64,000 nt of DNA from Saccostrea echinata. Taxonomy: Eukaryota. Under the pieces are notes generated by a model, which was given only the letters and a program-made list of their open reading frames with translations, did not search any database and had not been told where the DNA came from. Each line of letters begins with the position of its first letter. The first letter of the stretch is position 1. Shown here piece by piece: positions 51,086 to 64,000 of this stretch. The translations under genes and the position numbers were made by a program. The stretch is from NCBI RefSeq assembly GCF_033153115.1, contig NW_026889758.1, positions 36,518,001-36,582,000 of the forward strand. The letters run 5' to 3'.

Positions 51086-53728
51086 AGGTACTCTTCTGAG
51101 ACATTTTCCAAGAGTTTCTCCTTGGCAGATTGTAATGCAGTGGACTAATTTTTGTTTCATAAATGTTCTTTTCAATTTTTGCAGGTTCATCTATTGTACA
51201 TGTATATCAAAATGTCCTTCCAATTTTCCCGCAGAAGGGCGGTAAAGCGCATTAATCAGCTTAAATGCGACGCAATCAGTGTATATTATGTCTCTTGTAT
51301 ATGAGGAGTACCGAGTTATTTAATTAGTTTTCACTGTACTGGTCAATGCCAAAAAACAAAGGGAAAGAAAGTTCAAAAGAGCATTTTATTTCTGAGATTT
51401 CTCCTACAACAAAGCGAATTACGTGATTGTCCCACGCCAATCCTTGTTTCTCGGTTGCTTGAAAAGCATTGGATCCGGGAATGACATGAAGTGATTGTTG
51501 TCTGTGTTAGTTAACAGAATGAAACTTATCCATTTTTTTTACAGGAGAGAGTCCAATTGGATAAAAACAAGCGGATTTTCCTGCATTAGTTTCTATGTTC
51601 TATATGCCTGAGTAATACAAGGTTGTTTACCTTTAAACAGAAGTTTGTGGGAAAAAAAAATCATATTTGGTTATTTCATCCATGTTTTGAAATTGATTGA
51701 TACATGGTTGCTGTGACTGAAACTTTTCACTGGTTATTTCATGAACAATTAGTTTCTATACTAATCATCAATAATATCCACAAACAACAAAAACAGTCAG
51801 AAGTGACAGAGGATCAATGCTTCATCATTTAGAATCCATGCAAAATAATATAGAAAAAGAAAGATGCTGTGTCAAAGAAAATGCACCTTCTTACCAAAAT
51901 CTAGATTTATGACATTTGCATTTATCAAGTCATATTATAATTAATTAACTCAGTCATGTTTCTGGTCATTTTAAATAAAACACCATAGTCTTAAAGTCGT
52001 GTTGACTGTAAGAGCGCCGTTGTTGGGTATGCTGTGTGAAAATCTCTTCGAAGAAGAAACTGTAAATGCAACAAACGCTTTCATCAGTAATTTTCCATTA
52101 TTTATTGTTGACAATGAATTGAATGTTTATCGTTTTTAGACTATCCTTGATCATACCAATGAATGGAATCTTCACAAGACAATGCTTTTAAAAGAATAAA
52201 TTATCTTTATCAAGGGCTCCGTACCAATCTCGAAAACTACAATAAATGGAAAACAATTTTGATGTTAATGTTTCATTTTAATAATGCAACTTTATGAACA
52301 TTTACTTTTTGAACCTTGTATAAAAACAAAAGTATAATTTAAAAGTCTTAATAAAATGAAATTTTTCGTAACATTAACGGAGAAGTCGCTTTTAGATACG
52401 TTAGTTTAAAAATAATCTAAAGATCAGCGGTCCATTTTGGTTTTCATGCGATGGTTTACCCAGACTTATCCGACGTCTTGTGAAAACACAACTTATTACC
52501 TCGTTTCAGAGGTACTTATATTGAAAGCCTTATCTATGCATAATAAATATATCCTTTTTGGTTTTTTGCCCGGTATCATTGTATATGATGGTCTTTCTGA
52601 TGTTCTCCTCACGAAACACACTGTCTATATGCACAAATAAACAAATAAAATATTTTCTCGCACCTGCAAATGTCGTAAATTGACAATTTACTTAATTCTG
52701 CTTTCTGTGCAATACTTAAGTTTTCTCTTTTTTCATATTATAGTTTTTGTGTACAATATGGATAAATTTTCCCCAGTTCATTTTACCTAAAGTCAACTTG
52801 TTGAGACAGACAAATACTGAATATGCAGAAAGTTGCTTACATACACATCACTACATGTGCTCCCCATAAACTGTTTTATCGATGAAGATCAATTCTTTCC
52901 ACATATTTTTGTGATTACCACTACGATGACAAGTGTCATCTTTTAATTATTTGATGATTTGTGCAATGACATCGTTTCTTTGTTAAGATGAGTCTTCCTC
53001 TTAAGTCTGCCACGTGCTCGCACAAGAAACCATTAAGTGACAAATTCGAAGAGATATTGAACTATGATATTTATCTTTACATTCATATTGGCCGGTTACT
53101 TAAAACAGTTTTAAACTTGAAGTGAATCATTTTTAGCTAAAAAGCATAATTTACCATAAAGAAAATCCCAAATATCATATAGTTTTACATGTAAATGTAC
53201 AGTGATATTAATAATAGCACATGTATATACAGTTTAAATTGAATGTTGCAATTTAGAAAAATACATAAAAATCTGCCAAATGTTTTTACACGAAGTCTTT
53301 ATATTCTATATATATGCAGTAAAACTTGGCTAATCTGGCCACCGCTGGTTCCAAAGAAATTGATCAGATCAGACAACATCCCAAAGTAGACAACATTTTA
53401 AACAAATAAAGCGCAAGCGCCGGGAATTGAATTTATACCACTACCGACAGAAAATATATTGTAGTTTCTACTGACAGCCTACAGGCTCATAGCAGAAAGA
53501 AATACTTTGTTCAAAATCCCGCATGAAGTAGATGTACGTCTCCACCCTTCCCTTTTTTTGTAAAAACTTGAAAAATAAAAAAATTCATTAATTGACGTTT
53601 ATTGTGAAACTATGTTATGGATATTGTACTTCAGATGGTCTTATTTCATTTCCGTCAAGGATAAAAGCAAGGAATATGCACATTTTACTGATGAATTGAT
53701 TTTTTTTTTTTGGGGGGGGGGGGGATTT

Positions 53729-53856
53729 CACAGGTACTTGGGTCTTGGTTTATAAATATGTGTGCATCTTATTGATATGTAAAAAATGTACTTAACTTTT
53801 TTCATATCAATAAGGTACATACATATTTATAAACCAAGACCCAAGTACGCCCTATG
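53729..53856. mobile_element. ~125-bp foldback MITE
   Basis: gtacttgggtcttggtttataaatatgt with a perfect inverse ending at 53848. Outer ends CACAG.. / ..CTATG. Confidence 0.7.
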
Positions 53857-56286
53857 AATAAGCCGAGTATTTGATACAAAAGACTGTATTCAGAAAAAGA
53901 GAAATGTATTGATTAAAGCACAAAATTTACAGCTTTAATTGTATTTGAACAATACCTTATTCATTATCTTTTTTCATGTCAGCAAGTTTATTACGAAGTA
54001 CAAATTGTACTTCGGGTTCGTTGCCACGATGCTCTCAGTGAGGAATATATACAATTTTTACCGCTAAATTCATTAGGAAAACCCAAGTACATATATTTAA
54101 TAATCTTTCGATATATAAATATATTCACAACTTACAGTGTTATCAATGATTTACTATTATTTCAATGACCATTCACACAAAAACTTTTTTATGTTCATGC
54201 GGCTATACTCGTCTCGTTTTTCTTTTTAACCTCGGGCTTGATGTTGTATGATGTTCCAGTAGCTTCCGTCAATATTAAGATCAGTGAATGACGAAAATAA
54301 TTTGCACATTTCCCTTTTCAATCGGTTTTCACAACTTATATCTTTTATATCATTTAAATCAAGTTTTGATTGAATAATTCAATGATGACGTCTTATGAAA
54401 TAAATAAACGATTGCTTTTTGTCAGTTTCATTAAAAATTGCCAGTAAATTAGATCCGCCAACCGGAAACGCCACCGTACTCACGTTTTTGCTATTTCATG
54501 GCTGTTTATAGAAAATGAAAGTAGACTTTTAATTTAATATACAATACTTACTATGCGAGTGAAATCTAAATATAGTTTACGGATATCATCTTGTATCTAG
54601 TCTATTCTTAAAGGAATTAGTTAGAACTCTGGTGCACCCGTTTCGGAGTTTAGTTGCAAAATTTATTAATTTATAAGTATAGAGTAGATAATCATCCCCC
54701 AGATGATTATTTTCTTTAACATTAAATCGAACAGAGGAGATTTTATACGAGAGTTGTCCGGTAAAATCGTGGACAAGTTGTCTAGAGTGAAAAATAATCA
54801 CCACTGCGTTCTAAAATTTTCACTATTGTTTAGTACATTTTTCATCAATATATATAGCAAATTTCAGAGATATGTGCTCAAATAAACAAAATATGAGACT
54901 TTATGTAATGTGTGGTATCGTCTTACGGCGCACGGATGATAATGTCAAAGTGTCCAAAGCAGCGTCACTTTTCCTCTTTGCTAAAAAAATTTGGATAAGC
55001 CCCACTTAAATTCGGTGATTTCATTGAGACACATACTTGAGTTTCCCTTTATTCCTCCATAAACAGTCGAGGAACCAATCTCGCACACACATGGGACCTT
55101 CTGAGGATTTATTAGTTGTGAACAGTACTCTCACTATCATTCAACTACATTGTAAATAGCCTATTGCCAGCTGTTTGTCCGTATGTTTTGCTCTACCCGG
55201 GGGACCCAATAAAAAAGCTTCCGCTTAGAAAACTCCCATTTCTATGGAACGCCATAGCTGCCTGTAGGTCACTTTTATATTTTATGAGGTGGTATAACCT
55301 TTATATAAAGAGATGAAATCATTATATATAGTGGTAAAATCATTATATTCAGTGATAACTTTATTATATGCAGTGGTTTTATCATTATATGCAGTGGTTT
55401 ATCGTTACATACAGTGGTTTCATCTTATATATATTGGCAACGTCATTATATGTAGTGGTTAAACAATGTAATGGAGTGATAATATCGTTATATTATGCTG
55501 TAAAATCATAATATGCAGTGGTTATTTCATCATATACATTAATGAAATCTTTATATACTGTGATAAGTTCAATATATACAGTTAAAACATAGTTTGTGTG
55601 AAACACGCTGCATGTCCAGTGCCAAGTTCATTTCATTCAGTGCGACACCTTTACATAAATTGAAAAAAAAATATTATGTGCAGTACTAAGATCATTATAT
55701 TATGTAGTAAAATTATTATGTATATTTTAAAATCATGCTATGCAGTGGTAATATCCTTATAAAAGGTGGTTAATAATTATATGTCGTGGTTAATTCATTA
55801 GATGAATAACATGAAACGACTAAAGCATATAAAGAATTGACCACTTTATAAAATGAATTAACAACGACATACAATTATTAACCACCTCATATAAAGATGT
55901 AACCACTGCATAGCATGATTTTAATATATATATGATAATTTTACTACATAATATAATGATTTTAGTACTGCACATAATATTTTTTTTCAATTCATGTAAA
56001 GGTGTCGCACCGAATGAAATGAACTTGGCACTGCACATGCAGCGTGTTTCATTTAGTGTAATGATTGCACTCTCACACAAACTATGTTTATAAATGTATA
56101 TATTGAACTTATCACATCATAGAAAGATTTCATTAATGTATGTAATGGAATAACCACTGCATATAATGATTTTACAGCATTATGTAACGGTACTATCACT
56201 TTATTACATTTTTTAACCACTATATATTATGATTGCGACTGTATATATTGATAAAACTACTGCATATAATAAAGTTATCACTGGAT

Positions 56287-56537
56287 ATAATACCGCATAT
56301 TTGAGCTCGTCTCACAATATGCGTCGTTATCAAAGCTCTACTCTGTTATTAATGTCATCATTCGCCTCTTATTTTGTGAGAAACTCATGATTGAGTAAAG
56401 TCGGAATTTTGTAATCCACCCATACAGTGTCGGTACTTAGTCACTATGTTTCCGGGTTATCTCCCCTTTTCTATGCATCAATGAAAGTGAAAGGTGGGTG
56501 ATGAAAGTATCTGATTTAATTTTTGTATTTTGAAATA
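56287..56537 (+). repeat. Split direct repeat A1 (251 bp)
   Basis: Reads identical to 61047-61297, constant offset 4760. Confidence 0.95.
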
Positions 56538-59500
56538 GTCTATCACAATTTATGTTTTTTAAAGTTAATTTTCAGGCAAAATAAGTAGCATTAATTATTT
56601 TATTGACATTTATATTGCTCGATGGCGAATATTTGATTGGATGGAAACAGATTGATTTGCCACCCCATTCTTCCATTGTACTGGCACATGTTACAAGGGA
56701 TAACAATGGCAATAACCAATTTCATCAACAGATTTTGAATAAAGAAAATGTTATTTAGTTGAATAATCTTAAAAAGAGAGCCATCGTGAAAATGATGATT
56801 ATTAAACTTCAAATTTATTCTGTACCCTTCTTCAAGGTCAAAAACGTATCTGGATATTTAGATACTTATATGTCCCTTGGCCACAGTATTTAGGGGAATA
56901 TCCATATTATTCTCACAGTGGCTTCTGTAACATAGATTTGTTATATATATTTATCAGTTTAATACTTGAAAACATTTAGTGACAAAAAAAAGGTTATTGT
57001 ACAAGGATAGTGCTACCCTGTACCTTTAAAGCAGTAAGTAAATAAATACAGATTGAAAATTAATTAGAATACAGTAAATCTATTGCAGCACATCCAAATG
57101 TTATATAGCGGAATTCACAAAGGGAAGTACTGTATTTATTTTTAAGTGTATACATAAATAATGGTTTATTTCCAATCAAGCCCCCCCCCCCCCTCCCCGA
57201 GAGGGATGAAAAAGATACATTTGTATACAAATGCAGTAATTAATTGTGATATAAAATCATGTAAAGTAAAATACATGCAGAGCAAGTTGTTGTGCTCTAC
57301 AATGTCGTATTACAAAAATGCATTATAATATGTATATGAATAAAACATAAGTAGAAGTGTCTATAATTTTCCACATATTTACTTTTGTCACATGTAGTGG
57401 CAAACCTCTAGGAAGGTTAAAATGAATGAATGAATGATGACTTAATATATTTGAGACATAAATATCAGTTGGATGGAAGCATTACAATGAGCAATTCAGG
57501 CTATTTAAAATGGAGGCATGAGCACCCTAAGTCGAATTGTACATTGTCCAAATCCACAATACAGTTAAATTTGAGCCAGCAGCATCCTCACCTATCAGGA
57601 TATCACTTCTCTTATAGGGCTTGGCAAGGAGGACAATTTCGGCCTCCACCAGACGGATAATAGAAGGGCATCGCAATTTAAAAACACAATTGTTCACCAG
57701 TTAGGGTAGATAGGATTCCCCATATTTTTAATAATTAGCTAAAATTCTATCAAGGCTAGCTACTGTTTTGCTTGTCGGATATCAAATGGGTTCAGACTAA
57801 TTAAGATGGGGTCAAAGACATGTTTCAGATATATATTCTGTGTCTGCTCATTGGTTCAGTTTTAAGATTATAAAGGAAATCAAGGAGGTTTGGGCTATTG
57901 GGTCATTTTCAAAACTGTGTCCACCTTGCATAATCATGAACTTCTCTAATAGAGCCTGTACTTTAATTGAGTGAAGGTTTAATGATAACATGTTTATTGT
58001 CCTCTCTCTCCTGCCCCCTAAGGCCCCTTGGGTATGATACATAAATTTATAGAGTTGTGTTAAGTAAAAGTTTTGTACCTTCTCAAGTTAACCTCAAAAA
58101 CTCAAATAAACTTACATTATTTTCACATTATATAGAATATTTCTCATTTAGGCTTGGGAAAGTGTTTGATTTTACATGTAGGAACTAATTTCATCATGGG
58201 AGTTTTCTCTCAATGTAATAAATTTAAAAAGCTTCTGGTCTTGTTTGATATTTTTAGGCACACAAGGGCCTTTTAGGTTCAAATATAAATACAATAATAC
58301 AAATAGTTTAAGTAATTAAATAAAAAAATAAATAAATAAATAGGTAAAATGAAATGCAGATAATTTTAGCAGAGCTTCAGGATAAAATTGTCACAGAAGA
58401 CATTTTAACTTGACAAGTTTATTAGAAATATGCACAGTTAATCCACTGAGTTATCTGTCTTATCAGAGGGTTGGTTAACCTTAAAATATGATTATGCAAC
58501 TTAAATTTCCTGACCTTTTACAATTTTACTCGAGTAACTTAGTTTTGACAAATGAATAAATTATAGGGTTCCTAAATTGTTACAGTCAATGCTGGCATAT
58601 TGGGACAGGGCTGTGGATGTGAATCTTTTGTTTTTTTGGTTGGGAAGGAACATTGATCAATGGTCAAGCAGTTTGGGGGAAAAAGGCTATAATAAAACAT
58701 TATGTAAAATTGGGGCCTAATTTTTGGTCCTTGATGGTTTCTGTTGTGTCTCTAAGTGGGAAAAATAAAATAAAAAGATTTGTAATTTAACTCAGGTAAA
58801 AATTGCTTTAGTTCAAATTTTAATTCACGGTTCTTAAACTCACAAAAGGTGATATGTTTGGGAAACTGGTTTTATTCATCATGAAATATAAAACATAAAA
58901 AACTGAGCATAAGGCAGGATTTATTATTAATCTGCTATGCAAGCAGATGCAAATTCTTGGGGTTGAAGGGGGAGGGGGGTTAGACATATATTGTTCCACA
59001 GACCTGAATTGAATAGAATCTGATCCATTTCCTGCAATGTTTTGTATGTAGTTTTCAGAAATGAGGCGACGGGTTTGTTAAAGACAGCAATTCTACAAAA
59101 ACTGCTGACACATATCATGCATATATCTAATGGGCATTTCTCCAATGAAAAATGTCAGTTCAAACCCAATTGCCAATTACATATATGTCATTGGTGTACA
59201 CCCCTCAACTAAGCAGTTAGCATACATGTACTTTTATAATTATGTTTATATATTAATGTCAAAGGTTATTCAGATGCATCTTCAATGCATATATAGTTTA
59301 CATCCATGTATCAGCTGGTGGGTACAACTGCAAATCTGAGGGAGTTAAAGATTCATTTTAGCAAAACTTCCCTAACATTTTAGGGTATTAAATAAAGGAT
59401 AGGTTGCCATTGCCTTAGCTCATACTTGGACAATTAATTTGTACACTGGCCTTCATATAATTATGCATATTTACAACTTTAAAACAGATTAAGTCCATAT

Positions 59501-60633
59501 CCCCCCCCCCCCCCCCACCTAGTCTTAACCATATTTTTGCCTTGGGGTGAGGGATGGGGGTAACCCATTCTTAATTAATGTTACAGTTTCAGTATTCCTG
59601 AAGTAAGAAGTTTAAGGTGACAAGTTGCAGTTTCTGAGAGAGCATCAGCTGGGCAAGGGTCTGGAATATAGAATTTAGTCCTATAGGTACTTCATGTCTG
59701 GTGCAGTACATGTACATTTACAAATACTTTGGAAACACTTCATAGTCCTCCATTGTGTCTCAAGACTCTTGGGTTGGAAGGTAATTAGTATACGTTTTAA
59801 TCAATTTTAAATGGAGAGGCTTTAGCAGAGCTTGGCTTCAGAAATAAGTGGTATGACCTCATTCCTTTAGAACCATCACAGCTACTGTTGAGCAAAAATG
59901 GTTTTCCAGATTAGGTAATAAAGATAGCAGGGAGATAGGTATCCCTTAATCTATTCTGGAATTTACAAAGTGGGAATGTGATAACACTTAACATTTTGTC
60001 ATTGCAACATTGTCAAGAATGCAGGAACTGCAGCCATATGCAGATGGGAAAAAGGGGGGGGGGGGGTAAAGGGGATTTGTGCCTGTTTATTACTTGTTTG
60101 CAATCTCAGCTGGAAAGTAGTTAAGAACTTTCCAAATTACTTTAAAAAAAATAAATAATGAATAAATTAAGTAAATAAATAGATGAATAAACAAATAAAT
60201 AAAAATACAAGAATAGGGTAAGTGGGGAGGAGATTGAAATTATTTACATATTTTCTTACACCAGGCTAGTTTAGTTCTTATTCATGCCTCAGTAATAATA
60301 ACCTGTCGTTACTAAAAATATTAGGGTAATAAAAAGACCCAAAGCAGAATAAACAAAAACTTGTACTAGATTCCAGGGAGGGGGTGGGGTGTTTTCAGGC
60401 ATACTTAATTTGTAGGGAAACTAGATCATTTATCTCAATACAGCAGGGATGGCTGATAAAGAATTGATTTAATCTTGTATTGAAGATATATTGAGTAGTG
60501 GAGACAATTAGAAAGTGGTTTTCACAGTGGGTGGGGTGCTGAGGGTTTTGAGTAGGCTAGGGGTCCACGGTGGGTGTTTAAATTGAAGCTGCCTACCCCC
60601 ACCAGGTGGCGGTGGGCATTTGCGGTGCCCATG

Positions 60634-61297
60634 TGGCGAAATCGTCACCTTCAATTTAACCATTGAACTATTTATATTCTTGACTTGTTGTGGTTGATGT
60701 TGATATATGTGATGGTTGATGTTGATATATGTGATGTTGACTTTGAAAATTATATCTCATATTGAGTAAATCTAAAGCAAAATTATGTAATATAATTGAT
60801 ATAATTAATTATAATTAATATAATTAAAGATAATTTGTGTTGAAATGTGTCCGTAGCACGATTGAGGTCAACCCAGCGTGCTACTTTTCCCGTCAGGGAG
60901 GGCACAACTTAATTGTTGATGTTGGGGGATGTGCCAGTTTGCCGGCTGCCCCACTGTTGTGTAGACCACTGTGGACAATACCTGCCAACTCGAATAAAAC
61001 ATATAAAATAAATAAGGCATTTGTTTTAAATATATTAAGGTCTTTGATAATACCGCATATTTGAGCTCGTCTCACAATATGCGTCGTTATCAAAGCTCTA
61101 CTCTGTTATTAATGTCATCATTCGCCTCTTATTTTGTGAGAAACTCATGATTGAGTAAAGTCGGAATTTTGTAATCCACCCATACAGTGTCGGTACTTAG
61201 TCACTATGTTTCCGGGTTATCTCCCCTTTTCTATGCATCAATGAAAGTGAAAGGTGGGTGATGAAAGTATCTGATTTAATTTTTGTATTTTGAAATA
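60634..61297 (+). repeat. Internal B1|A2 junction repeats
   Basis: B1 (418 bp) and A2 (251 bp) overlap at ATAAT 61047-61051. Confidence 0.95.
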
Positions 61298-61605
61298 CCC
61301 TCCCACCACAACCCTTGAGCTAGGTGTTTAAGTATACCCTTTCTCCTTTCGTACATCTACATAGTTTTACATGATTGGGCTATACCTATATTTATTGACA
61401 GTTATGGAAATGTTATTGAGATTCTTTTCTGCTTTGGGTTTTTTGTTTTTGTCTTTTCAGAAATTAGCGGTGCCGTTGAAGGAGACCAACGATGTTGATC
61501 AGGATTGCCTGTTATTTCCGTTTCGGACCTTTTGAATGATTTTGGGCCAAATACAGTATCCTTCCGAGGAGTTCGGGGAAAAACCATACTTCACAGTGGT
61601 CAGAT

Positions 61606-62023
61606 TGGCGAAATCGTCACCTTCAATTTAACCATTGAACTATTTATATTCTTGACTTGTTGTGGTTGATGTTGATATATGTGATGGTTGATGTTGATAT
61701 ATGTGATGTTGACTTTGAAAATTATATCTCATATTGAGTAAATCTAAAGCAAAATTATGTAATATAATTGATATAATTAATTATAATTAATATAATTAAA
61801 GATAATTTGTGTTGAAATGTGTCCGTAGCACGATTGAGGTCAACCCAGCGTGCTACTTTTCCCGTCAGGGAGGGCACAACTTAATTGTTGATGTTGGGGG
61901 ATGTGCCAGTTTGCCGGCTGCCCCACTGTTGTGTAGACCACTGTGGACAATACCTGCCAACTCGAATAAAACATATAAAATAAATAAGGCATTTGTTTTA
62001 AATATATTAAGGTCTTTGATAAT
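61606..62023 (+). repeat. Split direct repeat B2 (418 bp)
   Basis: Reads identical to 60634-61051, constant offset 972. Confidence 0.95.
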
Positions 62024-64000
62024 GATTTCACCACTATATATAATGACTTCACCACTTCATATAAAGGTTATACCACCTCATATAATATGAAAGTGACCTT
62101 CAGGCAGCTATGGCGTTCCATACATTTAACTTGTATACTAAAGATCTAGTGATTTTTTTTTAAATTTTTTTCTTCTGTAGTAATTTAAAGTTTCTTAGGG
62201 CGTCAGTACGACGTCTATATCAAACTGAACTGCTCTTCGATGTGTCGTAACGTCACCAAACGTCGCCATTTTTGGCTTGTTGATTTTACCACTTTCCCAT
62301 TTCAAATGCTCGGGAAACTGCGAAAAATTAAGCAAATGCCTTGAAAATTTTCAAAAGACGACATAATAGATAATGGATTAGAAATAGTATAATTTTTACC
62401 CCAACCTTTTCTATTCAGTCCTTTTATTTCGAAATAATGCTTATGTATTCGTAAATGAAACCCTGTTTTTTTTATTGTGCGCCGTAGGACCGTACCCAGT
62501 GTACATTCAAGCATAAAAAATCTTTATTTGTGTCTATATTTTATCCAAAATATTACGATGCACTTAAATATGATAAACAATTGCTGAAAATTTCAACTAA
62601 GTGTGCCCAATACTAGTATTTTTCGAGAAAAACGCTTTGTCCACGATTTTACCGGACAACCCTCGTGTGTACATGTATAGTAATTCATCTTTTAGGAAGT
62701 TTCAAAACAAAGTAAACCTTTTGGGGGAAAGATTTTCAAACAGATGATTTTCCACATAGAATGCAGGATTTGTATATGAATATTTTAAGAACACGATGAA
62801 ATTTATCCCTAAACAAGATTAACTGCTTTAATGTCAAACCTTTTGTTTGTAAACACCTGTCTAGCACCTGTCGATAAATGTGTAAAAACTTATTGTAATA
62901 TCTGTGGTAATATATGTAACTGTAACTTATAGGCCAAAGAGACATTCATATAATATGGCACCGGTAAAAGTTTCTGTTATCAAATCAAGCCTTTGGAAAA
63001 AAGTATTTTAGTTTTATGCATCTTTTTTGCGTAAAATGCACAAGACTAGCCATAAAAAACTTTCCATTTCAATCCTGATTGCAGATCATTTTTTTTACTG
63101 TTTACGAATTCGATACGGAGAGGAAAGAGAAATACTATTACTCAGTATTTCAATCCTACATCAAGTGAAAACAAAGAGGCAATACTGGGTATGTCGCCAG
63201 GTATGCTTGGCTCCTTAGTAATTTGTTGTAGAAAGACAACGACTATTATACAAGTAATTGTTTTCATAGAATATTCAATAAATACAATCATTTTACAGAA
63301 AACATAATAAATAACAAAAATTTTAATTTACTTAACATTAATTCTATATCCCAGTCCAAAATCATGGACGAACTACATGTAGTTTTTATCTTGATTATAA
63401 AATGTGTAGTTTTGAAGGTACACTTTAAGTTTCTAAAAAAAAAAAATCAGCATTTGTTATCAAATAATTATTAGTGAATATCGTATTCAACTTTTCTTCA
63501 CGTATTTTGTTTAATTATTCTCTAAGTAAGGGAAGCTCATATTTTCCTGTCATATCCTCGCTCGAAAAATGAGTGGAAACAATCTTATATACACTTAGCA
63601 GGATTGACAAAGATTGTAGGACTTACTTTAAATTCGTTAAGTTTACCATTCGAAAAAAAAAGAACTTGGCGTCCGAAATCTATTTGAAATTATTTTTGGT
63701 ATTTACGAAGCTTAGTTCAGGTATATTTTAATAGAAAAAAATGTCAGTTAATTGGTGTAAAAGTTGTGCAGATAAGACCAAAACGTGTCATAAATATGAG
63801 GTGTGACGTTTTCACCGTCAACAAGTAACGTGAACGACATTTTTGTACACTAGTAATTTCGGATGTTTTGTTCTAATTTAATGATCAAATAGTTCAAGAA
63901 GTAATACATTTAACAAACAGATAAATTGTATGACAAAAAATAATTAGCAATTTCCGTCAAAACAGATCTACGTGTGACGGCTTAAGGCAGCTTAGTAAAA

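Larger units (their letters stand above)
56287..62023 (+). mobile_element. Non-autonomous Ngaro/PAT-type tyrosine-recombinase retrotransposon with split direct repeats
   Basis: A1 56287-56537 = A2 61047-61297. B1 60634-61051 = B2 61606-62023. ATAAT core shared by both ends, the B|A junction and the target. Gag-like remnant GWKHYNEQFRL at 57471-57503. Confidence 0.85.
55243..62122. mobile_element. Foldback element with ~550-bp AT-rich inverted arms; right arm split by the Ngaro-like insertion
   Basis: Left arm begins tatggaacgccatagctgcctg. Inverted right arm is 55850-56286 plus 62024-62122, ending caggcagctatggcgttccata. Confidence 0.85.
54748..62665. mobile_element. Non-autonomous mariner-like element (~1.04 kb of its own sequence) hosting nested insertions
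   Basis: TA|CGAGAGTTGTCCGGTAAAATCGTGGACAA at the left and TTGTCCACGATTTTACCGGACAACCCTCG|TG at the right (28/29 match). Confidence 0.8.

Noticed and set aside
59610-59670. Minus-strand YIPD..ADALS as an RNase H motif of the Ngaro-like element
   Set aside because: Opposite strand to the gag remnant and to the A-body-BA-B polarity. Treated as chance.
60837-62090. Duplicated ORFs MLKCVRSTIEV... as a gene pair
   Set aside because: They lie within repeats B1 and B2, start at non-ATG codons and have no domain features.

Overview
AT-rich, intron-containing animal DNA. The repeat content (166-bp satellite inside HINE elements, Meta-type SINE, Naiad PLEs) points to an oyster-like bivalve; the species is an inference. 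There are three scaffold gaps (23641-23901, 32476-32639, 36761-36894). Host genes: the 5' part of MLH3 (minus strand, runs off the left edge), a head-to-head ZC2HC1C-like double C2HC zinc-finger gene (plus strand, ~622 aa), a six-exon BDH1/RDH-type SDR (minus strand), tRNA-Lys(TTT), an intron-containing elongator tRNA-Met(CAT) and a decayed copy of it. The rest is mobile DNA: HINE/Helentron-type elements, mariner, pogo/Tc2 and Kolobok-type MITEs, a Gypsy relic, Naiad Penelope-like copies, an RTE-X/L2-type LINE piece, SINEs and several long-palindrome elements. The most notable structure is a 5.7-kb element (56287-62023) with Ngaro/PAT-type split direct repeats (A1-body-B1A2-spacer-B2). Its repeats read as identical, its coding body is eroded, it integrated at a shared ATAAT core, and its B|A junction folds into an integron attC-like hairpin. 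Also notable: an 8x RFX X-box array inside a transposon next to a probable ciliary gene, an MLH3-ZC2HC1C linkage matching human 14q24.3, and strand-specific GA/GAA hairpins shared by unrelated elements. All calls were made by eye; repeat boundaries can be off by a few bases.
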